Source of the DNA: Rebecca billardiae RCC1528
Lineage: Eukaryota; Protista; Haptophyta
Assembly (NCBI GenBank): GCA_965240325.2
Contig: OZ251228.1
Location: forward strand, 1,736,001-1,800,000
Direction: 5' to 3'
Length of the DNA stretch: 64,000 nt
The translations under genes and the position numbers were made by a program. Shown piece by piece: positions 10,803-21,846 of the stretch. Every line of letters starts with the position of its first letter. Position 1 is the first letter of the stretch. The notes below the pieces were generated by a model. It saw only the letters and a program-made list of their open reading frames with translations, ran no database searches and had not been told where the DNA came from.

Positions 10803-12467
10803 ATGGCGCGCGGGCTTTTTGCTGTGCTGGTGAGCTCAGCCGGCGTGGCAACGCCGCCCGACTGGGTGCCAGGCTACATGTTTGGCATACCCGCGCTCAC
10901 CGACGGTGAGCTGAGGCTGAAAACGCCCACGCTGTGCGATCGCGCCGAGGGCGGCGCGCATCCCGGCAGGTGCGCGGCGCCGCGCGTGATCCCCACGCTT
11001 GGCCCCCCGCTCGAGCCGTGGCCGCCCAGCCCCAAGCTGAGAATCGACCAGTTCAATGCGCCAGTGGCCCGACTGCTCCCTGCCGAGACGCATCAGCTTG
11101 GCGTGCCCCGCGCGCAGTACATGATGGTTTTCAACGAGCGCGGCTTCAGCCAGTGCTCACAAGCCTACCGCGGCCCTAGGCGCGGCCGCAAGCGTTCGAG
11201 CGACCCGACGGACTTGAACCGCCCCGTTTCATACGTTGGCGTCGCACTGCTCAGCGACTCGATGGAGGAGCTCGCGCGCGGTCCGGTGGAGCCCATAGCT
11301 GCTTGTGATCATCTCTTGGACTGCCGGCTGCTCCGTGAGCCGTCTGAGCCACATTGGAGAGTTGGCAACGGCCTGGGCGGGACGGGCGCGCTCTGGGCGT
11401 CTTGCCTGTGCAAGAAAATTGTCACCGGCCACTTTCGCCATGCCAACGCGGTGGGCCCGCTGCTCCTAGAGTGCGCGAGCACCGCCCAGCCCGAGCCTGG
11501 TGCTGGCACCGCAAGCCAGCCCTCCTCCTCGCCGGGTCCGTGCGGCCTGCGCGCGCGGCTCCTCTCGGACAGCCTGGGCGGGTACGTGAAAGCTTCGATG
11601 GCGCAGGGCAAAGCCCTCGGCGTGTCCGCAACTCCTCACGAGCGGAACACCCTGCCCTTCTGGTACGGCGAACGGCTGCACATCCTCTGGGGCCTGAGGG
11701 GGAACCCCAAGTCCGGATACGTGATGAGCGTGGTCGCGGTCAACGCCAGCCTAGACGAGGCCACGACCGCCGAGGGTGGCCGGGGCTTCCGTGCGCTCCG
11801 ATCCGCAGGCATGCCGCCGAACCGCGTCCTCCCGCTCGTGCGCCCCGAGCAGCTCGCACCCTCGTCGAGCCACGCGCGCGCGCCGGCGCACCACCCGGTG
11901 CGGGCGCCTCTGGTGAGCCCCTGGATGGATCGGATGCACCTCTCGGCGGGGCCGCTCCTGATGCCGTCCACGAATGAGCTGCTGCTGCTGGCGCACGTGC
12001 ATAACACTGGGACGGGGAGGAACAACGGCTCGGCGGTGACGCTCGGCCCGGCAGCGGCGGCGGCGGAGCCCTCGGCACTGGCGCGCGCACTCCTTGCTAA
12101 TGGGACAACCAAATTCGCCAACCACTACACGCAGATGACGCTCGTGCTCGACGCGCAGCCGCCCTTCACCTTGCGACAGCTCGGCCCGGAGTGGTGCTTC
12201 CCCGCGCTCAGCTCGTCGTCCGCGGCTCGCCCGGACTGCGAGAGCATCCAATTCGTATGCGGCATGGAGGCAGTGCACCCGCCTGTCGCAGAGCGCATGC
12301 GTGACGCACGCTCGGCTGGCAACCGCTTTGACCGACCATCGCTGCGATTTTCGTATGGCGTGAACGACTGCACGGTCGGGGTGGCAAGGGTGGCTCTGGA
12401 CGAGGTGGTTACAGGGCTGCGCCCGGTGGAGGCCTGGCAAGCCGCCCTCGCGTCACATGATGGTTGA
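10803..12467 (+). CDS. Secreted/membrane-anchored protein with a beta-mannosyltransferase (GT91)/GH130-like propeller C-terminus
   Basis: Hydrophobic N-terminus. C-terminal HYTQMTLVLDAQPPF...WCFP...IQFVCGM...FSYGVNDC matches the GT91/GH130-like pattern from memory. Confidence 0.6.
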   Translation: MARGLFAVLVSSAGVATPPDWVPGYMFGIPALTDGELRLKTPTLCDRAEGGAHPGRCAAPRVIPTLGPPLEPWPPSPKLRIDQFNAPVARLLPAETHQLGVPRAQYMMVFNERGFSQCSQAYRGPRRGRKRSSDPTDLNRPVSYVGVALLSDSMEELARGPVEPIAACDHLLDCRLLREPSEPHWRVGNGLGGTGALWASCLCKKIVTGHFRHANAVGPLLLECASTAQPEPGAGTASQPSSSPGPCGLRARLLSDSLGGYVKASMAQGKALGVSATPHERNTLPFWYGERLHILWGLRGNPKSGYVMSVVAVNASLDEATTAEGGRGFRALRSAGMPPNRVLPLVRPEQLAPSSSHARAPAHHPVRAPLVSPWMDRMHLSAGPLLMPSTNELLLLAHVHNTGTGRNNGSAVTLGPAAAAAEPSALARALLANGTTKFANHYTQMTLVLDAQPPFTLRQLGPEWCFPALSSSSAARPDCESIQFVCGMEAVHPPVAERMRDARSAGNRFDRPSLRFSYGVNDCTVGVARVALDEVVTGLRPVEAWQAALASHDG

Positions 12468-12553
12468 TATGCATCCCGGTACTAGTGTTAAGAGAAGTAG
12501 TCGCGTCTTTCTTTTAGCAGTCCGGGCGCGAGCCGTCAGGCGTCATTCATGCA

Positions 12554-12557
<4 letters not shown>

Positions 12558-12598
<41 letters not shown>

Positions 12599-12613
12599 TA
12601 TTTATATATATAT
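12558..12613. repeat. (TA)n microsatellite
   Basis: Direct inspection. Confidence 0.95.
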
Positions 12614-12983
12614 ACTGCAGTATAGGCTGCATCATTTTATAATATTCCACCGTCAGTCATCAGTAGCGCGCGCTATTAAGTCGTCTACATACTAGCTAGT
12701 TACTAGTACTAGGACCCTGTGAGTGAGGCCCTGTGCCACCCCGCGACTCAGCTGTCAGCAGACGTCCGCAGTCGGACTGCTATGAGTATGAGGCGGCAAT
12801 AACGCCTGGCGTCTTTTCACCCACGGGGCCGGGCTGAGCCGGGCTGGCCTGGTCCTGTGGCTAGCGCTCGCTGTGGCTGCCGCTGCCGCCGCTTTGGCTG
12901 CAGCTGCCAACAGGCCTTGCATCGCAGGTCGGCCGCGGACCGTTACGAAAGCCTACCTAGCGAAAGCCTGGCTGTCCGTTCAC

Positions 12984-13415
12984 TCAAACGTTGTGGTCGT
13001 CGTACTCGACCACGGAACTCACCGAGGTCCACCGCTTGTACAGTATTCGGATGGTGCACGGCGTGACACAGAGCGTGACGCCCGCCAGGACGCCAAGCAG
13101 CACGAGCGCACCCTTGGGCGCCGTGCTCATCTCTCCTGACAGGCGCAGGATGTACAGCGCGAAGATAAGGCCGACGCCGGCGAGGAGGATGAAGAAGAGC
13201 TCGAAGAGCTGCGCGCACGACTCACACGAGAGGACGCGGCTCGCCTGCCATCGCCGGTGGGTGCGTACCGCGAAGACGCTCCCGCCGCTCACACGCCAGG
13301 CACTCTCCATCGCGACTTCTCGGGCCGCGATGCGCCCAAATGCGCTTTCGGTCAGCGGGCCGACGACGCGGCCGCCAGTGGCGCGTGGCTCTCGGTAGAA
13401 GTAGCCATCGGCCAT
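12984..13415 (-). CDS. Small two-transmembrane hypothetical protein (143 aa)
   Basis: ATG at 13415; two hydrophobic helices (LFELFFILLAGVGLIFALYIL and ALVLLGVLAGVTLCV); N-terminal YFY...GP loosely GYF_2-like. Confidence 0.65.
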   Translation of the reverse strand: MADGYFYREPRATGGRVVGPLTESAFGRIAAREVAMESAWRVSGGSVFAVRTHRRWQASRVLSCESCAQLFELFFILLAGVGLIFALYILRLSGEMSTAPKGALVLLGVLAGVTLCVTPCTIRILYKRWTSVSSVVEYDDHNV

Positions 13416-13654
13416 GAGATCGGTCTGCCGCGCGCATGGAAGGGGCACCCCGACGGTGCCGAGGTGGTCACTCGACACAGCGACGCGTTCACTGTCGCTG
13501 ATTCCCGCCGGCCGGCATGTCACCACGAACGCGTCGGCTTGGGACTTTGCGAGGCATTTCTTTGTGCCGCCATTTTCATCCTCGTCGCGTATTTTTGGCG
13601 TGGTCTCCGGAATCCACTCGCGCCCGCGACGAGGCAACCGAGGCTTTGGACGGC

Positions 13655-16185
13655 ATGCTGGCCTGCGCCTTGATGACGCTCCTTGCCGTCACGCGTGGAG
13701 CTGGGCGGCTACCGCGGCCGACGGCCGGGGGCGTGCTCGCGCGTACCTGGTCGCACGATCGGGTACACGCGCCGTGCCCGCGCTTCCCACGCCGCCAAGC
13801 CGCCATGCTCAGCGCGTCTGCGGCGCCGGCCGACACTGGCGAGTTCTACGTGACGACGCCCATCTACTATGTGAACGACAAGCCGCACATCGGGCACGCG
13901 TACACGACGGTCGTGTGCGACGCGCTTGCGCGCTTCCACCGTCTCGACGGCAAGCGCGTCCGTCTCGTCACGGGCACGGACGAGCACGGGCAGAAGGTGG
14001 AGCAGTCGGCGGAGAAGGCGGGCGTGACTCCGCAGGCGTTCGCCGACGACGTCTCGACCAACTTCCGATCGCTCGCGGCCGCGCTCGAGTGCACGCACGA
14101 CGACTTCATCCGGACGACCGAGCCGCGGCACAAGGCCACGGTGCACGCGCTCTGGCACGCGATGTCCGAGCGCGGGTACATCTACAAGGGCGCGTACGAG
14201 GGTTGGTACTCGGTGCGGGACGAAGCGTTTTACGCCGAGAGCGAGCTCGTGGACGGGAAGGCGCCGACCGGGGCGGAGGTGGCGTGGGTGGCGGAGCCGT
14301 CGTACTTCTTCAAGCTCTCCGCCTTCACGCAGCCGCTCCTCGAGCTGTACGAGCGGCAGCCTGACTTCATCATGCCCACGTCTCGCCGCAACGAGGTGCT
14401 CAGATTCGTTGAGGGCGGGCTGACCGATCTCTCGATCTCGCGGACGGCGTTCTCGTGGGGCATCCCGGTGCCGGAGGACGAGGAGCACGTGATCTACGTC
14501 TGGCTCGACGCGCTCACCAACTATCTCACGGCGCGCGCTCGCGCGCCCGAACGCCGCGCGCCACGTGCGGGCCCGCGAGCGGTGCGCGTGCGCGCGCATG
14601 CACGGCCTCCGGCCACGCCGCGCCGGGGCGTCGCGAGGGTTGACGGGTGAGTGCGTGCCCGCGGCTCGCGCGGCGCGGCGTGTGCGCAGGCGAGCGGGCA
14701 CGACCCGAGCAGCCTCGAGCGCGCCATCGCGCAGGGCAGCCTGCCGCCGAGCGACGGTGCGATCTGGCCGCCGACTGTGCACGTCGTCGGTAAGGACATC
14801 CTGCGCTTCCACACGGTCTTCTGGCCCGCCTTCCTGATGGCCACCGGGCTGCCGCTGCCGCACCGGTGCGCACGTGCCCGCGACTGCGCGCGCGCAGGGG
14901 CGCGCTCGCGCGAGCGCGCGTGTGCGCGCGCGCCCGTGCTGCGCGCCCGTGCGCGCGTGCGCAGGGCGCGGCGTGACGCGCAGGCAGCAGCCGCGCGGTG
15001 CCGCCCGGACCCCAGCTCCCGGACCCCAGCTCACCTCGCTCGCCCGCGCCGCCCGCCTGCCGCCGCCGCGCCGCACGCCGCGCGACGCAGCGTGTTCGCG
15101 CACGGCTGGTGGACCATCGAGGGCGCCAAGATGTCCAAGTCCGTCGGCAACGTCGTCGACCCCTTCCGGCTCGTGAGCCAGTACGGGCTCGACGCGACGC
15201 GCTACTTCCTGCTCTGCGGCGTGCCGTTCGGCTCGGACGGCGACTTCTCCGAGGCGACGCTCGTCGCGGTGACGAACGCGAACCTGGCCAACCAGCTGGG
15301 CAACTTGCTGCACCGCACGCTCACGCTCGTCACCAAAAACTGCGGCGGCGAGGCGCCCGACCCCGGCGCCGGCCTCAGCGCGGACGACGAGGCGCTGCTG
15401 TCCGCGGCGTACGAGCTGCTGCCGTCATGCCGGGAGCACATGCGCGTGCAGGCGGTGCACCGCATGGGCGACGAGCTCTCTGCTGTCGTGCGCTCATGCA
15501 ACGAGTACATAGACGCGCAGGTGCGCGCGCGCGCTGGCGCGCGCACCGCTCGAGCGACGGCGCGCGTGCCGCGCGTGCCGCGCGCAGCGGCTCACTCACT
15601 CAGCCACCACGGCCGCACGACCGCGCGCGCGCCACCCGTCACGCCCGCGCGTGGCAGGCGCCGTGGGCCCTCCGCAAGAGCGATCCGCCGCGGATGGGCG
15701 TCGTGCTGTGGACGCTGCTCGAGGCGTTGCGATGCGTCGCCATCCTGATGCAGCCGATGACGCCCGGCTCAGCCGCGCAGATGCTCGACCAGCTTGGCGT
15801 GCCCGCGGCCGATGCGCCTGGCGTCGGCGCCGGCGCGACGAGCGCGGGCGCAGGCGATCCGCGCGGCTTCGCGGCGGTCTGCAGCGAGTGCGCCCTCCGC
15901 CCGGGCGCGCCGGTACAGAAGCCGAGCCCGGTGTTCCCGCGGCTCGAGCTGGCGGCGGAGTCGTCCGCGCCGGGCGGCGACTCCGAGCCGCACGCCGAGG
16001 AGCCGGCGGCGGAGGAGGACGACTGGCTCGACGCGATCGAGGACATCGAGGCCGCCGTCAAGGCGCAGGGCGACCGCGTGCGCGCGCTCAAGGCGCAGAA
16101 GGCGGACAAGGCCGAGATTGGCGCGGAGGTCGCCAAGCTGCTCAAGCTCAAGAGCAGGCTGCCCGCGGAGCAGAGCGTCTCGTGA
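13655..16185 (+). CDS. metG: Organellar (bacterial MetRS1-type) methionyl-tRNA synthetase with targeting presequence and C-terminal WHEP domain
   Basis: FYVTTPIYYVNDKPHIGHAY, TGTDEHGQK, YVWLDALTNY, GKDILRFH, KMSKS. Exons 13655-14530, 14690-14865, 15091-15520 and 15658-16185. Confidence 0.95.
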
Positions 16186-16458
16186 GCGCACTGGCCGCCC
16201 ATTGAGCGAGTGTAGTGACTTCGGATTCCGATGCCGGTCACCGGGACCACGCCTGCCTTGGGCTCGGAGCAGTCTGATGGCAACAGGCCGGCGTGGTCCG
16301 CGCATCAGCCTGCGGCGCCTGCTGCAGCCTCGTCGAGTGGTGCCAAATATGCTAGCTACTTAACCGCCATGCCGTGCGGCGGATGATGCGCGGTCTAAGC
16401 AGCCGTATATATATCAATATATATCAATAATATATATATTGATATATATATATATGAT

Positions 16459-17752
16459 GGCCCGCGGTGCAGGGCGGAGCGCGCAGCGTGGAGCCCGCAG
16501 TGCGGGCCCTAACCACGTTTCAAAAAGCTCTTTGATCAAAGAAAAAAGGGCCCGGGGCCGGGGCGATTTTCAGGGAGGTGGAGACCGAGCCTTTCGAGTT
16601 TTTCGGCTACCGCGCGCGCCACGTCGGCGCGGCACTAGCTGATGCAGGCCGTACTGCCGGCACTGCTTCATCTGCGATCATGCGCCACGGTCGCAGCTGA
16701 CTGCGTGAGCAGCAAGCGGGAGGCGGGTCCGGAGGCACGTGCAGGCGCGCTCGCAGCCGCAGGGGTTGGTCCCATCCGCCATCGTGCGCCGGGGCACGTC
16801 ACCTCCGATCCGCGGATGTGGCCAGTCCGGACGTCACGCGATCCGGGACGACGAATACGATTCGCTCGTAACGAACCGTTACGTTAAAGTCACGTCCGGC
16901 TCACGAGTCACGTCCAGATCGCACTTTACTTAGGGAATATCGTGGGCGCGGTCTTTTCTCGCCGAATGTCAATGAACGTCTCTAGCTATGCGGTCTCCGT
17001 TGCGTTTGCAGCCGGCTCGGCGACGGCACGCGCGTGCGGCTCAGGTGTGTCAAATGCGGTCTCGTCGGCGAGCTTTCGCCTGCCACCTCGTGCACCCGTG
17101 CCGCCAGCTTCATCGTCTTCATGAGGACTGCTGCTGCTGTCGCCATCCGCTCTCCGCATCCGACCCCGAGTCGCGCGGCACGCGCGGTACGGCAGGGCGT
17201 ACGGTCACTCTCCGCCCCGTGCAACGGGTCAAGTGGCCAGAGTACTACGTCTGGTCGTCGTTGGCTGGCACGGGCCGCAGCGCTAAAGCACCCTGCTGTC
17301 ACACCCGACTCCTTCAGTACTCCGAGCTCCGCGGCACGACTCACTCGGCATGATCGCGGACGGGTCGCGGATCGGCCGAGCTGATCAGCCAGTAACAGTT
17401 GGACGACATTTGGCAGCTAGTTGTCAGACGGACGTCCGATTTGACGGGTGCCGGGTGCGGTCTCAGGTCCGCTGCTGTGATTGTGTGAAGTGTGACTGAG
17501 TCAATGATGAGTGACTGAGTCTCGCGGGATCGCAGGCAGGGGCGACGGTCACGGTCTGACTTAAAAAGTATATATATATATAAATAGTTGAGACTAGATT
17601 CTCTACTCTTCAGTCATCTCGACGACGACAGAACCGTCTTCAACTGCTGGCGAATAACTGCCACTACGGCAGAGAGCCGCGATTGTACGGCCACCGCGGG
17701 CCCCCAACTGCTGTTGATTCTATGCAGAAAAGGACCGTCGCGGAACGCGGTC
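16459..17752 (+). mobile_element. Putative non-autonomous element with asymmetric sub-terminal IRs between (TA)n tracts (Helentron/DINE-like)
   Basis: GGCCCGCGGTG (16459-16469) is inverted at 17692-17702. 5' hairpin at 16493-16507 and 3' hairpin at 17733-17752. TA runs on both sides. Confidence 0.45.
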
Positions 17753-17770
17753 ATATATATATATATATAT

Positions 17771-19293
17771 GGCGGGCCGTAGGTCCGCCCCTTGTAGTGC
17801 CCGGGAAAAAGATAAGAAAAAGAAAAAGAATAAAGAAAATCGCCTCGCCAAGAAAAGAAAATCGCTTCGCTCACTACCGGGCGCCCTCGCAGCTCCCACT
17901 GGGGACGCTCGGCCGAAAAAGGTGCCGGCCATGGCGCGGAGCGCGTGGGCGGCGCGCGCCAAATCCAACGCCGGCGCGGACATCGTGAGAGGACTCCCGA
18001 GGGGGGTTTTCGCCCGATTCGCGATTGCTGCCCTCGTCGTCTCGCGTGCAGGTCGAACGGGGCCCACTGAATCGACGCGTTTGGAGCGGTACGCTCGGCG
18101 CGTCGACACGATCGTGAGACCTGGGGCGATCCTCGCCCGACGTGCACGTCGAAAGCTCGCACCGGCCATAGCATCATGCGCTGCGCACGATGACCGCCTT
18201 GCGCGATCCACCGTCGCGCGTCGGGCTCGGTGCGAGAAAGCCCTCATCACGAGGCGTCTCGCGGGCGGGAAGCGCCATCGCACGCGACGCAAGATTTGGC
18301 GCGGCCTTCTGAACTCGATCGCCGGAATCCGCGCACCGGACTCAGTCATTGCTCACGTCCGGCCTGCATGGCGTCGACGGTGACCAATGCGACGGAAGCG
18401 CAGCGCCAACGGCGTACGACGCGCAGCGGACGCACCTCCCGGGTCTGTCGCCGTGGCAGCAACCGCGTCATCGCGAGTTGGCGACCCTCGCCGCAGCGCG
18501 ACACAGACAAGCCCGTGATGCCATCCGCAGAGAGATGAAACGTCGAGCATGCAACATCGCCGCGCCATGGCCTCGTCCATGGCGCAGGCGCTGCGGGACG
18601 AGGCGGAAGTCGTCACGCCGGTGACGGATGCGCTGCGATGCGTGTGCTCGCGTGAGCAGCGCTTGCCCACTCTCGATCGCGAGTGGCACACGCTGTCGCT
18701 GTGCGCGCGCGCGCGCACAACCAACAGCTCCTCGTGCCGCCGAGCACACGAGCGCCAGACCTGTCGAAGATGCGAAGAGCGACGACCGCGTGAACGTCAA
18801 CGCGCTCGTGCTCAGCGTGGCGGCCGTGTACGACGTCAACGCGACCTGCGCTGAGCCCATCATGCCTGGAGCGGACACCGGCAAGCATCCTCGCGACGAC
18901 CGCTCTCGGCTGGCAGGAGGACATGCACATGATCTACTCTGGCGGCTTCGTCGGCGGCGAGGCGCTCGATTACGCCATCGCGGTCGACATGCGGCACATA
19001 CAGCGCGTACCCGCGCTCGCGCGGAGCAACGGGCTACCCGGCCCGCCCCGCGTGCTGCACATTCCCTCGTGGGTGTGGGGCCTCGCTGATGCGCATACGT
19101 GATACGAGCAGTACAGACTGAGACCGGTGTACACGTCGGGGAGCCAACTTCACGTGTCACTGGTCCTTGCACTCGACTGTCCGTCACCCACGGCCACGAG
19201 CGAACGTGGAAAGACGCGAACCCGCAGAGGATACATTGCGACAGCACTGGCACGGCCCGCCGACCCCCCCGCCCGCCAGGGCACAGTTCTGTC
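17771..19293 (+). mobile_element. 1.5-kb dispersed repeat, copy 1 (putative Helentron/Helitron2-like non-autonomous element)
   Basis: Aligns over its full length to 45108-46630 plus 50676-50710 (roughly 90% identity by eye). GGCGGGCCGT at 17771 is inverted at 19252-19261. 5' hairpin GGCGGGCC-GTA-GGTCCGCC. TA runs on both sides. Confidence 0.85.
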
Positions 19294-19357
19294 AATATAT
19301 ATATGATAATCCGGCGATTGCGGCAGCCCGTCAGGCGGCGGCGGCGGCGCGCCGCCG

Positions 19358-19412
19358 CCCTCCGCTCCGCCCTCCGACGCCGCCCTCCGACGCCGCCCTC
19401 CGACGCCGCCGC
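19358..19412 (+). repeat. Short tandem repeat, unit CCGCCCTCCGACG, about 3-4 copies
   Basis: Direct inspection. Confidence 0.75.
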
Positions 19413-19528
19413 CTCCGATCCGCCCCGCCGCCGCGCGGGCGAGCGCTCAGATGACGAACCGGCAAAGGCGACGCGCCCCGGCTCTGCACTGAGCGTTGCG
19501 TTTCCAAACACACGTGTGGATGCCCCAC

Positions 19529-19765
19529 CAAGGGGCTTACAAAATACCACTGGGGGCGAAACACAGTCGTCGGATGCGATGTACATGAGACGGACAGCGT
19601 CCGGACTCCGGTCAGCGGAAAACACTGTGCTTTGGCCGAATTCAAAATTCTCGCACAGTGTTTTCCGCTGACCGGAGTCCGGACGCTGTCCGTCTCATGT
19701 ACATCGCATCCGACGGGGCTCCTCACTGGCGCTTTCGCCCCCAGTGGTATTTTGTAAGCCCCTTG
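19529..19765. mobile_element. 237-bp palindromic MITE with CAAGG termini and a 7-bp TSD (P-like)
   Basis: Perfect arms 19529-19561/19733-19765 (33 bp) and 19568-19630/19653-19715 (63 bp). GCCCCAC duplicated at 19522-19528 and 19766-19772. Confidence 0.9.
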
Positions 19766-21846
19766 GCCCCACTTTGCGAACACGCGGAAAAATGCTCAAG
19801 ACGATTTTAACGAGTTTTCAGTTTTGTCAAAAAAGGAATCCCGGCCTGTGATTGGTGAGAAGTAGAACGAAAAAGTTCCGCCCACTTCTGAGATTACAAA
19901 GTTGAGAACAGAAGCTCATCAGAAGATTTCGTCATTAGGACTACTTAAAAACCCCGGCGCAACCCCTCATCGTGAGTACTTGTCTTCTCGCAGCTGATGA
20001 ATATAAGGAATGAGAGGCCGGCAACCTCAAACGCGCGGGCCTTGTTAGTTGTTGATGACCAATCGAGGTCGAACGCGACGTGCGCCGCTGACCGAAAAAG
20101 TTGACGGAGGGCGTGCGCGCGAGGTCGGCGGCGGTGTGCGCGGCGGCGCTGGGCGAGTGCGCCAACCTCTCGGGCAGCACATGCCCGCCGCGCGCCCGCC
20201 GCCGCCCTTGCGCAGCGGAGCGAGCCAGTTTCGCTACTCAATATTCAATAATTCTGGAAACCCACGAGAACAAAGGCACGACTTCACGCTGGGGACCAGC
20301 CCGTCGCGGGCCTTTATTTGACGCCCGGCTAACCCAGTCACCCATCCGTCGGCCGGGTCACATAAGCGCAATTCGCGTACCCGCTTACGCGCTCGATAGG
20401 ACAAAAGCTGCTCGTCGTTCGGTCAAAAACCGCTCGTCGTTCGGCGCTTTGCGTACTCACATTCGCGCGAATCGCATCGGCGCATTCGTCGTGTCGCGAG
20501 TTCACACTTCAATTCGCACGATCCGTCACATTCTCGCTAGACAATTCACGAGCGAAAGGGCGCGCTGATAGCGGCACGCGGGTATCATCTTGCATTGGAC
20601 TACGAGCATCGGAGCAACCTCGCGCGGCCTCGCGGTCGCGTCGAGCCGTCGACACGTCCCGTGAAGGACGACAGGCGGAGAGAAGCCCACGCCATTCCAA
20701 GGGTCGCCCTTGCGTTGACGTCTCGTTCGGTCGCGCGACGAGCGGCTCGCGTGCGGCGCCAAGCGAGAGACGCGGGGCGCGCGGCAGGCGCACGCGCGAG
20801 GCTGCCTACCACGCGCACGCGCGCGACCCCGCCGGCTCGGGCGACACGCCGCCGCCTCAGCTCGAGCACGAGCGCGAGGCGTGGCGCCGGCTCGGTGGGC
20901 GGCGGACGGCTCGACCTGCACTGCGGTGCCAGCGGATGAAGCGGCAAGCCCGGCGGGCGCATACGCGCAGGTCCGCCCTCCACGCGCGAGCGCGCGACTG
21001 CGTGTTCCACGAGCTGCAGCAGGCGGCCGCGGGCTGGTCGGCGGCCGGCGAGGTCGGCGGAGTGCCGCCCGGCCCGCGTTCTCGCTTGGGCGCGGGCCAC
21101 ACTCTCACTCACAGCGCGGGGTGTGGTGCTGCGGACGGGCCAGTCATTGTAGCGCGCACTCCGTGGTCAGACGTGCCCACGCGCGCGCCTCGTCAGCCCC
21201 GCCGCTGCGCCCCTGTGGCGCCGTTGGCAGCGTCGGAATTCCGAGCTCGGGCTACCGGCCCGGCGTGCCATCATGCGTTTCAGAAACAGGTTTCCAGCCC
21301 GAGTTGACGCGCAGCGCCAACCCATATGACATCCATAGTGAGTATTTGGTGAGTGCGGGGCGAACTGCCGAACCGCTCTATGAGTACCCAACTTTGGACT
21401 CAGGGTTTGGTCGTGACTGCCCACCCAGCTTGGAAGGCCCACCAGTCCTCCTCGGTCGGTCGGTCGGTTGGTTTGGTGCGCTAAAAACGAATCTCCCGCC
21501 ACCACAGCTCCACAGGAGTGCTTGATGAGGCGGCGTTCGTCACAAGATAAGTACTTTCCCCGTGACCTTTATTAATTTAAGCGCCTGAAGCCCTGAACAA
21601 GTGGAACTGCACAACGGGTTTGGTGATGATTCGATGATTTCCAGTCAGAATTCATACTTAGAACAGACTGGGGGTGGTACCCGCCGTGCAAGTTGAGTGG
21701 GTTGATGGCCATCAGTCTGCAATCTTGATCTTTCCCGCCGCCCCGGCCCAGCCGCTCCACAAACCGACACCGACCGACACGCCCGGTGCGACACGAGGGC
21801 AGAGGCCTCTCGCTGACCTGTCTGTGCCACACGCCACGCGGTCGTC

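Noticed and set aside
16300-21800. Autonomous transposase, Fanzor/TnpB, reverse transcriptase or Rep/helicase gene
   Set aside because: No intact ORF with recognisable catalytic motifs in any frame I could inspect.
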